A stretch of DNA of 64,000 nucleotides from assembly GCA_964402925.1 (NCBI GenBank), contig CAYOED010000006.1, positions 1,953 through 65,952 of the forward strand. The letters run 5' to 3'. How positions within the stretch are numbered: position 1 is the stretch's first letter; every line of letters starts with the position of its first letter. Origin of the DNA: an uncultured Lachnospiraceae bacterium. Its GTDB lineage: Bacteria; Bacillota; Clostridia; Lachnospirales; Lachnospiraceae. Position numbers and translations under genes: made by a program. Positions 49,395-59,150 of the stretch are shown here, in pieces. The notes beneath the pieces are model-generated. The model was not told the DNA's origin. It was given only the letters and a program-made list of their open reading frames with translations, and did no database searches.

Positions 49395-50945
49395 CTACTC
49401 CTCATCGAAGTTGATTTTCTTCTGTAGGACATCCTCAAACTCCTCTATCATTTCAGCAGAGGGCGCAGGTGTTACCAAGCTTACGATTATAATAGCCAAT
49501 ACGCTTACTGCAAATCCTACTGCCAATGAGTAAAGTCCCGTAAAGCTTCCCAAAGTCTGTCCCTGAACAAGGGGGATGTAATCCCATATGATTACAGTGA
49601 GGGCTCCTGATGCGATACCTGCAACTGCTCCAGAGAAGTTGGTGCGTTTCCAGTAAAGGGAAAGAAGCACTGTGGGACCAAAAGCAGCTCCAAGACCTGC
49701 CCACGCATTAGATACAAGTCCCATGATAGAACTGTTGGGATCAAGAGCAATCAGATATGCAAGAACCGCAATGACAAGTACGGTAATACGGCTGATTCTG
49801 AACACTGTCTTTTCAGATGCATCTTTCTTGATAATTCCTTTGAATATATCCTCCGCCACGCTGGATGCACTGACAAGAAGCTGTGAATCCGCCGTGGACA
49901 TGATCGCGGCCAGAATACCGCACAGGAAAATTCCCGCGATAATCGGAAGTCTTACATCTTCCGTAAATAGTTTGATGATCATGTTGATAAATACCTTTTC
50001 TTCTTCTCCGCCGGTAAGAACGGTAGGATAAAGGTAAGCACGTCCTACCACACCGATCACCCAGGCAAGCACCAAAGAAAGGAATACCCAGACGATAGCA
50101 ATCCCTTTGGATTTATTTAACTCTTTTTCATTCTTAACTGCCATAAAGCGTACCAGAATATGAGGCATACCGCAATAGCCCAGTCCCCATGCAAGCCCTG
50201 ATATAATATCTACTGCACGGTAGGTTTCACCGCCATTGCTGAATAAGCTTAAGAAAGCCTGCGAACCGCCGGCTACGCCGCTCATTTCTATATTAGAAAG
50301 GACACTGCCAGCACCAATAATGCCAAGTGCCACAAGCGGAACTGCCAAAAGTGCTACAAGCATGAGCGTTCCCTGAATAAAATCGGTAGTACACACTGCC
50401 ATGAATCCGCCCAGGAACGTATAGACCAATATGACGATTGCTCCAATGGTCAGGGCAATCTTATAATCCACACCAAATACCGAATTGAACAATTTGCCGC
50501 CTGCTGCCAGCGCTGACGCTGTATATACCAGGAAAAATATTACGATTGTTATCGATGAAATAAAAAGCAGAATTCTCTTTTTATCATGAAATCTGTTTTC
50601 AAAGTAGGTCGGAAGGGTCAGCGCGTTATTTGCGCGGATCGTATATCTGCGAAGACGTCCCGCAATAAAAAGCCAGTTGAACACCGTTCCTATAAACAGT
50701 CCGATTGCAATCCATGCCTGTCCTGTTCCTAACGCATAAATAGAACCCGGAAGTCCCATCAGAAGCCATCCGCTCATATCCGAAGCCTGTGCAGATAAAG
50801 CTGCCACCCATCCACCAAGCTTTCTGCCACCGAGGAAATAATCCTCCGTACTGCTATTTTTCTTTGCATACATTGCCCCTACTCCAACCATGAGCAGGAG
50901 ATAAAGGGCAAATGCAACAATAATCCATCCTATTGAATCACTCAT
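49395..50945 (-). CDS. putP: sodium:proline symporter
   Basis: Start ATG at 50945 (MSDSIGWIIVAF) after GGAGGA. SSF-family sequence (YFLGGRKLGGWVAALSAQASDMSGWLLMGLPG). Confidence 0.9.
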   Translation of the reverse strand: MSDSIGWIIVAFALYLLLMVGVGAMYAKKNSSTEDYFLGGRKLGGWVAALSAQASDMSGWLLMGLPGSIYALGTGQAWIAIGLFIGTVFNWLFIAGRLRRYTIRANNALTLPTYFENRFHDKKRILLFISSITIVIFFLVYTASALAAGGKLFNSVFGVDYKIALTIGAIVILVYTFLGGFMAVCTTDFIQGTLMLVALLAVPLVALGIIGAGSVLSNIEMSGVAGGSQAFLSLFSNGGETYRAVDIISGLAWGLGYCGMPHILVRFMAVKNEKELNKSKGIAIVWVFLSLVLAWVIGVVGRAYLYPTVLTGGEEEKVFINMIIKLFTEDVRLPIIAGIFLCGILAAIMSTADSQLLVSASSVAEDIFKGIIKKDASEKTVFRISRITVLVIAVLAYLIALDPNSSIMGLVSNAWAGLGAAFGPTVLLSLYWKRTNFSGAVAGIASGALTVIIWDYIPLVQGQTLGSFTGLYSLAVGFAVSVLAIIIVSLVTPAPSAEMIEEFEDVLQKKINFDEE

Positions 50946-51116
50946 TTTTCTCCTCCGTTCCAATGCGCATTTCCATTCTCTTTGCTCTGCTGCTTAGCGC
51001 ATTTCTTATATACTATATATGAGCAGCCCTTATCAGTCAACCCAAAATTTGCCACGACACTGTATAGCCAAAAACAAATGCATCATACCAAGATACATCT
51101 TCCTATAAAATCAGGA

Positions 51117-51138
51117 AAGGGTGTAGATTCACACCCTT
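51117..51138. terminator. hairpin at the 3' end of the GGDEF gene
   Basis: Stem AAGGGTGT 51117-51124 / ACACCCTT 51131-51138. T6 on the plus side and a weaker T-rich tract on the minus side. Confidence 0.45.
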
Positions 51139-51145
51139 CCCTTTT

Positions 51146-54100
51146 TTAATCTGAATATTTCACATCTCCCTTTGTGGAGTGCTTAATCATATAAAGCACC
51201 TCGTCCGCTTTCGAGATTGTTTCTGCAATCTCATCATCACTCGTAATCCCTCTCATGGCTGCTATTCCAATGGAACAGGACAATTCTTTTTCCTCGGGAA
51301 TGACCACCTCTTTTTCTTCCATCTCTGCAATGATATCCGCAAATCCCTTTCTTTCTCTAATTGTATTAAGGATACTCCTTCCAATCGCCAATGCCCTTTC
51401 CTTATCCACAAATTTTAGGCTGATTAAGAATTCATCGCCGCCATATCTGGCTGCAAATCCGCTATTCCCTGATACCTGGCGCAGAATTTCCGCCACCTCT
51501 TTTAAGATCCGGTCCCCTGCCGCATGCCCAAAGGTGTCATTGTAATATTTAAAATTATCCAGATCTATATAGAGGAACGTAATATCCTGTGTTACGCGCC
51601 TTTCTACCCATCCTTTGATTGTCTGGTAAAAACCCTCCCTGTTGTACAGAGCCGTCAGATAATCCGTAATTGCTGCTCTTTCCAGACTGCTGTTAATACA
51701 TCTGATTTGTTCTTCATTTTCCAGTTTTCCCACTGAATTCTGGAACTGCAAAAGTACCAGATTAAAAAATTCCATATCACTTTCATCCAGCATAAACTTC
51801 GTTCGAGGCGCATTCCAGTTATCCTTCATCATAATATACATAATAAAAACACTGTTTAATTTTTCGTCAGTATAATAAGGAAGGCATACCATGGAGCAGA
51901 TCTGCGTGATTCCAAATAACGAAATAATGCGATTGTACTCCATGTGATTCTTTTTTAATTTGGAGGTGACAAAACCGGAGCGATGAACAGAAAAATATCT
52001 GGTGATTTTCTCAATATCCGCCGCGCCCAAAGCCACCTGTTTTGTATCAAAACAGATATCCGGCTGTCCATCTTTATACCGGATATAAATCATGGAATCA
52101 ATACTGAAACTCAGCATAAATGAATTAAGTGCGTTTTGAACCAGATCAGTAAAGTTCTTTCCTGAAATATCAATCATTTTCTGCCAGGCTAAAACAAATT
52201 TCATCTGTTTTTTCAATGCCGCATAATCTTTAATAATTCCGGCCTGCTTTGTTGCCATCTGTATTTTCTGCAGCGTAATACCTGAAAGTTCCACCGCCTT
52301 TTTGTGATTCTGTTCATACTTCGTTCCCCGGCGCGCCGCTTCCAACATGCACCGCTTTTCGGAAACGCCGCACTGTTTTACATACCGGAGTCCTCTTTCA
52401 ATCACCGCCTCTGCTTCCTCGTATCTTCCAACCTTTTTTAACATTTCCGCAAGAGTAATCTCATATTGCACCATACTGAAAAATTGATATCCCGTGCTTC
52501 TTTCCACATAGATTCTTGCACTCTCCATATAAGCAAGCGCTTCTTCATATCTGCCCTTATCGCTGTCCATAAGTGCGCTGACATAATAATATAGAAAAAG
52601 ATCATCATCACATGACGTATATGACGAGTCAAGCTTTCTGTTTTGAATCTTTTCCTCTATTGGACGGCTTAAAATATGCCCTAAAAACTGAAGTGCATTA
52701 TCCAGATAAATCCGTGTGTCATACTTTCTTCCAAGCCGGTAAGAACAAAGCGCAAGAAGACCAAATATCTTTGAGATATTGCAGACTCGCAGATCATTCA
52801 AATGAAGTATATTAATAATTTTCAGACAACTTAACAGATAATTATATGCCGTCTCATTCTCACCTGCAAGCATACAGTTAATCGCCATGTTATACAGCGT
52901 TTCTCCTATATAATCCACTTTGTTCAGCTGAAAATAAATGGCAATTGCCTTATTATAATAACCGTTCGCCTCCTCATACTGCTCAGCGGCACAGCAATTG
53001 TAGCCCAGCCCATTATAAATATCCGCAAGCTTAAACGGATCCTTATCCCCCACTATCTCCATGGATTTATAGTAATAATGGTTGGTTACATGAAACAAAC
53101 CAAACAATGACGAAAGCATAATATTTTTTCGGTACGCAATAAGCAGAAGATTTTCGTTGCCATGCTTCCGTGCAATCTCTATTCCTTTTTTAAAATGGAC
53201 AAGAACCGATTCGTCCCTTTTACTTTCACCAATAAGCCTGACATCATTATCATATGCAAAAACGTATGTGTATGCCAGATGGTTTTCGTACCCATATCGC
53301 TTCGCCTGTTCAAAAAATTCCGGCGAAACATCAATATCTGTAGAACAAAAGAAAATATTATGCCAACCTGACATCCTGACCATCACTTCCAGAAGACTTG
53401 CCAGAAACTGATGATATCCGCTCAAATTCTTCCCTGCTACTTCCCTGCAGACGTCCGCACATTCCTTTGCCGTATTAAGATTGCCGCTGTACATCTGTAT
53501 CTGTCCAAACAAATAGTAATACCAGAATCTCTTTTCCACAGACTTATCTTTACTCGAAAGGAGATGGATATTATCACATAAGAGCATCGCTCTTGGCATA
53601 TCGGAATAGAGTGAAAGCAGAGCATAAAGCATATAGAATTTAAAGACACTATCCTCATCGACAGAAAGTCTTTCTACTTCAATTTTATGGTAAACAAAAG
53701 CCAGATAATATTGCGCCTGTTCATAGTCCAACAGATAATACATATTGTGCAGCTGTATCAGATACTCTTCAATGGCGCTGTTCTCAAAACAAAAACAACT
53801 GTTTTCCTCTTCGACTTTAATTTCATCTCCTCCGCCGTTTACAACGTAATTATGATCCTCCAGCTTTTCCATCCAGCTCTCCCATGACTCCGCCACATGC
53901 GGCAGCTGGGAATGAAGTTCATTAAAGGCGCCATACACAAAAATGTTTCCATCCTCTTGCTCCATCAATTTCTGCAAAAGCAATACTGTGGATTTGGATG
54001 CAATATTCAAATTATCCAGCAGAAAAAGCATAGGATATTTTCTGGACAATCTTGTAAGTACATCAGCCATTGATTTCAGCATCTGCTGTTTTTCATAATC

Positions 54101-54472
54101 AATCTCATCCGGCAGGATTTCTTCCCTTCTACTATACACCAAGTCGCTTACTATATTTTCAAAAATGGATTTCTGCAATGAATAAACAGAAAATTGTGCA
54201 ATGAATTCCTCCGGAGTTTTATCGTTCTCGTAGGTTTCGTAAAGAAATCTGATCACGTCTATGAACGGTTCAAAGGCGCCTATCATCTTAGATGCGTCAA
54301 AGCGTTTAAAAAACACACAGAAATCAGGATGCTTTACTTTTGCTGTTTCTGCATCCTCATTTGTAATCGCAAACGTATTATAATGCTTTACAATCGTAAA
54401 TCGATTCCCCCGTGTTTCTCCTGTAAGGTTTCCCATCATCGGCGCAATATATGTTTCGTAATAAATCCCCAT
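51146..54472 (-). CDS. large TPR-containing diguanylate cyclase (GGDEF)
   Basis: Start ATG at 54472, 9 nt after AGGAGG. C-terminal GGDEF domain (DYLTALYNREGF...RYGGDEFLISL). The long helical-repeat middle region looks TPR-like. Confidence 0.85.
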   Translation of the reverse strand: MGIYYETYIAPMMGNLTGETRGNRFTIVKHYNTFAITNEDAETAKVKHPDFCVFFKRFDASKMIGAFEPFIDVIRFLYETYENDKTPEEFIAQFSVYSLQKSIFENIVSDLVYSRREEILPDEIDYEKQQMLKSMADVLTRLSRKYPMLFLLDNLNIASKSTVLLLQKLMEQEDGNIFVYGAFNELHSQLPHVAESWESWMEKLEDHNYVVNGGGDEIKVEEENSCFCFENSAIEEYLIQLHNMYYLLDYEQAQYYLAFVYHKIEVERLSVDEDSVFKFYMLYALLSLYSDMPRAMLLCDNIHLLSSKDKSVEKRFWYYYLFGQIQMYSGNLNTAKECADVCREVAGKNLSGYHQFLASLLEVMVRMSGWHNIFFCSTDIDVSPEFFEQAKRYGYENHLAYTYVFAYDNDVRLIGESKRDESVLVHFKKGIEIARKHGNENLLLIAYRKNIMLSSLFGLFHVTNHYYYKSMEIVGDKDPFKLADIYNGLGYNCCAAEQYEEANGYYNKAIAIYFQLNKVDYIGETLYNMAINCMLAGENETAYNYLLSCLKIINILHLNDLRVCNISKIFGLLALCSYRLGRKYDTRIYLDNALQFLGHILSRPIEEKIQNRKLDSSYTSCDDDLFLYYYVSALMDSDKGRYEEALAYMESARIYVERSTGYQFFSMVQYEITLAEMLKKVGRYEEAEAVIERGLRYVKQCGVSEKRCMLEAARRGTKYEQNHKKAVELSGITLQKIQMATKQAGIIKDYAALKKQMKFVLAWQKMIDISGKNFTDLVQNALNSFMLSFSIDSMIYIRYKDGQPDICFDTKQVALGAADIEKITRYFSVHRSGFVTSKLKKNHMEYNRIISLFGITQICSMVCLPYYTDEKLNSVFIMYIMMKDNWNAPRTKFMLDESDMEFFNLVLLQFQNSVGKLENEEQIRCINSSLERAAITDYLTALYNREGFYQTIKGWVERRVTQDITFLYIDLDNFKYYNDTFGHAAGDRILKEVAEILRQVSGNSGFAARYGGDEFLISLKFVDKERALAIGRSILNTIRERKGFADIIAEMEEKEVVIPEEKELSCSIGIAAMRGITSDDEIAETISKADEVLYMIKHSTKGDVKYSD

Positions 54473-54680
54473 GAAGCAGTACCTCCTGTCAGACAAACTT
54501 CCCCCTCTGCCAGCCTGCCATCCATAAATATCATATCACGAAAATGCACGGAATACTATAACAAATTGCTTTTATCTTTAGCCCAAAAGCATTTTTGCTC
54601 ATTTGAGCAAATTGACACTTTTATGGTTTTCAACGTATAATAATTATCATCAATCAACTTAAGAAAAAGGAGAATTTCAC

Positions 54681-55922
54681 ATGCCCAAAGTCACACCTTT
54701 TCAAAGCATCAGACCCATACCCGAACTGGCTTCCCGGATAGCTGCTCTTCCCTATGACGTCTATAATCGCAGGGAAGCATTATCGGAGATACAAAAGGAA
54801 CCTCTTTCCTTTTTAAAAATAGACAGAGCTGAAACCCAGTTTCCTGACGACGTGGACACCTATGATTCCAAAGTATACACAAAAGCAAGAGAACTTCTGG
54901 ACGCCATGATTTCAGAAGGTTCCTTTATAACAGAAGATGCGCCCTGCTACTATCTGTATGAACTGACCATGGATGACCGTTCCCAGACCGGCATTGTTGC
55001 CTGTTCGGATCTGGACGATTATCAGAACCAGTTGATCAAAAAACATGAGAATACCAGAGAGGACAAAGAACTTGACCGTATCCGGCATGTGGATGTGACA
55101 GATGCACATACCGGTCCCATTTTTCTGGTATACCGCTCTGTACAGGAAATCAACGATATTGTTACCCTTTGCAAAAAGGGATCTGCCCTCTACGATTTTA
55201 CATCCTCTGACAACATCACCCACCGGGTATGGTGCATTTCAGACCAAGCGATAATTACAAAACTACAGGAAATCTTTGCACAGATCCCCTGTACCTACAT
55301 AGCTGACGGTCATCACCGCTGTGCTTCCGCAGTAAAAGTGGGACTGAACCGTCGGAAGGCACACCCCGATTATACCGGTAAGGAAGAGTTCAACCGCTTT
55401 CTTTCCGTGCTTTTCCCAGACGATCAGCTTTATATCATGCCCTACAACCGGGTGGTAAAGGACTTAAACGGACGATCAAAGGAAGACTTTTTATCCGCTG
55501 TGGAAGCTGCCGGATTTTCAGTGGAATATAAAGGAGACGAACAAGTTTCTCCTGACAAAAAGGGGTGTTTCGGCATGTATCTTTCCGACGGCTGGTACCT
55601 GCTTACCGCCAGAGAGTCACTTTTATCTTCTGACCCGGTAAAGGGACTGGATGTTTCCATTCTGCAGGATAACCTCCTTGGTCCCCTGCTGAACATAAAT
55701 GATCCCAGGACAGATAAACGGATTGATTTTGTCGGCGGTATCCGCGGACTGAATGAACTGGAACGCCGGGTTTCCTCCGATATGACCGTAGCCTTTTCCA
55801 TGTATGCCACATCCATATCTGAGTTGCTTTCCGTAGCAGATACCGGTCTTCTCATGCCGCCCAAGTCAACCTGGTTCGAGCCAAAACTGCGGAGCGGATT
55901 ATTCATACATCGCTTATCCTAA
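54681..55922 (+). CDS. DUF1015 family protein
   Basis: 413 aa, with PFQSIRP...ALPYDVY...ADGHHR, typical of DUF1015. Confidence 0.8.
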   Translation: MPKVTPFQSIRPIPELASRIAALPYDVYNRREALSEIQKEPLSFLKIDRAETQFPDDVDTYDSKVYTKARELLDAMISEGSFITEDAPCYYLYELTMDDRSQTGIVACSDLDDYQNQLIKKHENTREDKELDRIRHVDVTDAHTGPIFLVYRSVQEINDIVTLCKKGSALYDFTSSDNITHRVWCISDQAIITKLQEIFAQIPCTYIADGHHRCASAVKVGLNRRKAHPDYTGKEEFNRFLSVLFPDDQLYIMPYNRVVKDLNGRSKEDFLSAVEAAGFSVEYKGDEQVSPDKKGCFGMYLSDGWYLLTARESLLSSDPVKGLDVSILQDNLLGPLLNINDPRTDKRIDFVGGIRGLNELERRVSSDMTVAFSMYATSISELLSVADTGLLMPPKSTWFEPKLRSGLFIHRLS

Positions 55923-55941
55923 AGTCAGATTTATTGTAGTA

Positions 55942-55983
55942 AAAGGCTGCTCACAACCTTCCTTTGTGTTGGGAGCAGCCTTT
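55942..55983. terminator. bidirectional terminator between DUF1015 and proB
   Basis: 11-bp stem AAAGGCTGCTC 55942-55952 / GAGCAGCCTTT 55973-55983, with A/T runs on both flanks. Confidence 0.7.
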
Positions 55984-56014
55984 ATCGAACTACAAGAATG
56001 GCTTACAAAATGAG

Positions 56015-56827
56015 TCATCCATTGCTTGATGCTTTAAATAAGGTACCTACTTCTTTTCCTTCTAAAATCCTGCTGATATTCACCACATCATCTCCATTGG
56101 CAATTACCATATCGACCCCTATCGCACCGGCAATTTCTGCCGCTGCAATCTTCGTCGCCATACCGCCCGTTCCAAAGGTCGTATCTGCTCCCTTTGCCAT
56201 GGCATACAATCTGTCATCTATTCTTTCTACACAATCAATAAACTCAGCTTTCTCATTATTTCTCGGATCATCTGTGTAAAGCCCGTCTATATCAGATAAA
56301 AGAATCAGCAGATCTGCTTGTACCAACTCTGCCACAGTTGCAGACAAAGTGTCATTGTCCCCAAAATTCTCATCCTGAATCTGGTCTGTGGAAACTGTAT
56401 CATTTTCATTTACAATCGGAATGACGCCCATGTTCAGCAGTTCCAAAAAAGTATTTTCTGCATTTTGTCTGCTGATTTCATTGGTCATAGTCCTTTTGGT
56501 AATCAAAATCTGGGCAATCGTCTGATTATACTCCGCAAATAATTTTTGATAAATCATCATCAGCCTTGCCTGTCCCACTGCCGCACATGCCTGCTTTTGA
56601 GAAAGCCGGCTGGGCTTTACCTTGATACCAAGCGCCTTCCTGCCCGCGCCGATAGCGCCTGATGAGACAAGCACAATTTCTTTATTCTGATTTTTAATAT
56701 CCGTCAGAACCCTTGCCAGTTTTTCCATTTTAAGCAGATTTAAATGTCCTGTATCTACGTGCGTAATCGTGGAAGTACCTATTTTTACCACAATACGCTT
56801 TTTATCTTTCAAAAACTCCCTGTTCAT
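56015..56827 (-). CDS. proB: glutamate 5-kinase (short form, no PUA domain)
   Basis: Start ATG at 56827 (MNREFLKDKKRIVVKIGTSTIT). Also VSSGAIGAG and IPIVNENDTV. The track GTG at 56848 is less likely. Confidence 0.92.
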   Translation of the reverse strand: MNREFLKDKKRIVVKIGTSTITHVDTGHLNLLKMEKLARVLTDIKNQNKEIVLVSSGAIGAGRKALGIKVKPSRLSQKQACAAVGQARLMMIYQKLFAEYNQTIAQILITKRTMTNEISRQNAENTFLELLNMGVIPIVNENDTVSTDQIQDENFGDNDTLSATVAELVQADLLILLSDIDGLYTDDPRNNEKAEFIDCVERIDDRLYAMAKGADTTFGTGGMATKIAAAEIAGAIGVDMVIANGDDVVNISRILEGKEVGTLFKASSNG

Positions 56828-56919
56828 TCTGTTATGTTCCTTCCTCACATCGTTACCATTTGACCTTCGCCTTCATTCTTCCCATCATACCATGATTGGT
56901 TGAAATTTCAATGGGTAAT

Positions 56920-58350
56920 TCATATAAATGGCAGATTCATATGTTCAAGAAACCGTTCCTTAAATGAATCCTCATCCGCCAGTTCCACATGTACAAAACG
57001 ACAGCTTTCCTCTTCCGAACTCTGCAATGCCTTTTCCGAAAGCAATGCCATTGCCGCCCCGGTTCCCGCCAAATTGCCTGCCTGCACCATTTTTTCTCTG
57101 GGAACGTCTGGGAATAGACCAATTGCAATACCGCTTTCAATGCTGATATAACATCCAAACGCTCCTGCCAGGTAAATTTTGTCAAGTTCATCCGCCTTTA
57201 TACCTGCTCTTTCAAGCAGGATCTCCATGCCTGATCTGATTGCACTGACTGACAACTGCAGCGCACGCACATCATCAGCCAGAATATAAACCGGATGCGA
57301 CTTGTCTGTAAGCAGAAACTTTCTCGTATCATCCATGGTTTCAATTCTCTTACATATCCTCTCCGGCACCCCCGCTTCCTTCGCTTCCTTTGCGCTCCGC
57401 ATATATCCGGTTTGGTCAAGAACACCAATACGATAAAGCTGCGCCAGACCATCCACCAGACCGGAGCCGCAGATACCCAGCGGATTTCCCCCTCCAATCA
57501 CCCTGCACACAATATCCTGCATGGGAAATCTTCCGCTTATGGAAACCATATCGACAGCGCCTGCTGCCGCCCGCATCCCCTGACTCACAGCACCGCCCTC
57601 CAATGCCGGACCCGCCGCTGCGGAACAGGCATATCTTTTCCCCCCGCACAAGAGAAGGATTTCTCCGTTAGTTCCAATATCCACCGCCAGTACTTTATTC
57701 CCCTGCGTCTTCCAGTTTACATAACTATTCACCGCCAACGCATCTGCTCCCACATAACCGCCTATAGGAGGCAAAATAATTACATCAGTATCCTTTAGGA
57801 ATTGAAATCCAAGCTGCTCCCCTTTCCTATAAAAGGTTTCTTTATAATCAGGCATAAAGGGTGCCCGGAACAAGCCCTCCGGTCTAATCCCCACCAGAAT
57901 TTCACACATGGCTGTGTTCCCTACGATGGTGACTTTCTGCACTTTCTTTCTGACAATATTCTCGGTATACTCCTGCTTAGAAAGTCGTCCCATCATACCG
58001 GCTGCCATCTCATCCAGCTTCCCGACCACCAGTTCCTGCATCTTTTCAAGTTTGTCAAGGCTCTCCATCGCCGCCTGTATCCTGCTGATGACATCTGCCC
58101 CAAAAGCTGCCTGCGGATTCGCACCGGTCTCCGCATCCAAAAGACTCCCTTCCTTTAAGTTCCATAGCATTCCCGCCAACGTGGTCGTTCCCACATCAAA
58201 AGAAATGCCCAGCCCTTCGCCTGGGTCTGTTGCAAATCCCTCTGGGAACTGCACCCTGATCTGCTTATTTGTATTCAGTTTCTGGAAAATTCCGCATCCG
58301 TTACAACTGATTCGCTTACATCCCGGACATTTATTTACTCTGTTTTCCAT
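56920..58350 (-). CDS. ASKHA-fold ATPase, DUF4445 (RACo C-terminal-like) protein
   Basis: FDVGTTTLAGMLW, AVDIGTNGEI and GSGL motifs of an actin-like ATPase. N-terminal CPGCKRISCNGC cluster. Confidence 0.75.
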   Translation of the reverse strand: MENRVNKCPGCKRISCNGCGIFQKLNTNKQIRVQFPEGFATDPGEGLGISFDVGTTTLAGMLWNLKEGSLLDAETGANPQAAFGADVISRIQAAMESLDKLEKMQELVVGKLDEMAAGMMGRLSKQEYTENIVRKKVQKVTIVGNTAMCEILVGIRPEGLFRAPFMPDYKETFYRKGEQLGFQFLKDTDVIILPPIGGYVGADALAVNSYVNWKTQGNKVLAVDIGTNGEILLLCGGKRYACSAAAGPALEGGAVSQGMRAAAGAVDMVSISGRFPMQDIVCRVIGGGNPLGICGSGLVDGLAQLYRIGVLDQTGYMRSAKEAKEAGVPERICKRIETMDDTRKFLLTDKSHPVYILADDVRALQLSVSAIRSGMEILLERAGIKADELDKIYLAGAFGCYISIESGIAIGLFPDVPREKMVQAGNLAGTGAAMALLSEKALQSSEEESCRFVHVELADEDSFKERFLEHMNLPFI

Positions 58351-58392
58351 AAATAGTCTCCTGTTCAGCTTGGGGTTATCTTAGTATCTAGG

Positions 58393-58689
58393 GGCGTGTG
58401 GGTGGAGCGGGGATGGGGGAGGCGGTTGCCGGAACGGCATTGTATCTATCACAAACCTATGTACAGCGGTAAGAGAGGCTAGGTATCCCTATGACAGGCG
58501 CATCATGGAGGACGCAAACGGCGTATTGGTCCATCCATGGACCAAGTTACGCCTTTGGCGGACTTCCTGTCCGCCAATTGCTGGATTTTCAAAGGGATAC
58601 CAAGTCTCTCTAACCGCTTCCCATAAGGTCCGTGATAGATACAATGCCGTTCCGGCAACCGCCTCCCCCATCCCCGCTCCACCCACACG
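58393..58689. repeat. 297-bp long-hairpin element, family A copy 2 (inverted orientation)
   Basis: Perfect 59-bp arms 58393-58451 / 58631-58689, continuing imperfectly inward. The core at 58513-58628 is the reverse complement of the 12969-13084 core. Confidence 0.9.
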
Positions 58690-58895
58690 CTTCTCAGACG
58701 TAAAGCTATGCCTAACCTAAATTTTTTCTTGTCTGTCCTTACTCGGAGGCATCCTAGAGCTATTACGCTATTTATAAAAGAATACCACAAAATCCTTGCT
58801 TTTTTAACCAGATTTCTCTATTATCTAAAACAGAAGAATGAATGAGTGCATTAGGGCACTAGAAAATGGAGCGTCATTAGCATAGGCGCGTGAGA

Positions 58896-59115
58896 AGATA
58901 CAGTCAGGTCAAGGCAGGCGAGGGTGCACGGAACAGTAGACTGCTTCTAAGCTGCCCCTGCAATGCGTCTGTCTCAGACCTTATGGGAAGCGGTTAGAAG
59001 GACTTGGCATCCCATTAAATATCCAGCAATCGGCGGACAGGACGTCCGCCGAAGGCGTAACTTGGTCCATGGATGAACCAATACGCCGTTTGCCTGCCTT
59101 GACCTGAATGTATCC
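58896..59115. repeat. family A copy 3 (truncated) bounded by its own 16-23 bp inverted repeat
   Basis: TCAGGTCAAGGCAGGC 58904-58919 / GCCTGCCTTGACCTGA 59092-59107. The core at 58979-59093 matches copies 1 and 2. Confidence 0.85.
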
Positions 59116-59150
59116 CCCAAATACCATCATAATGAGCGAAAGGAAATTTT

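Noticed and set aside
58489-58790. 65-95-aa ORFs on both strands inside the 58.4-kb hairpin element
   Set aside because: For the same reason as above, these are mirror-image ORFs generated by the inverted repeat, with Arg/Gly/Pro-rich translations from GC-rich arms.
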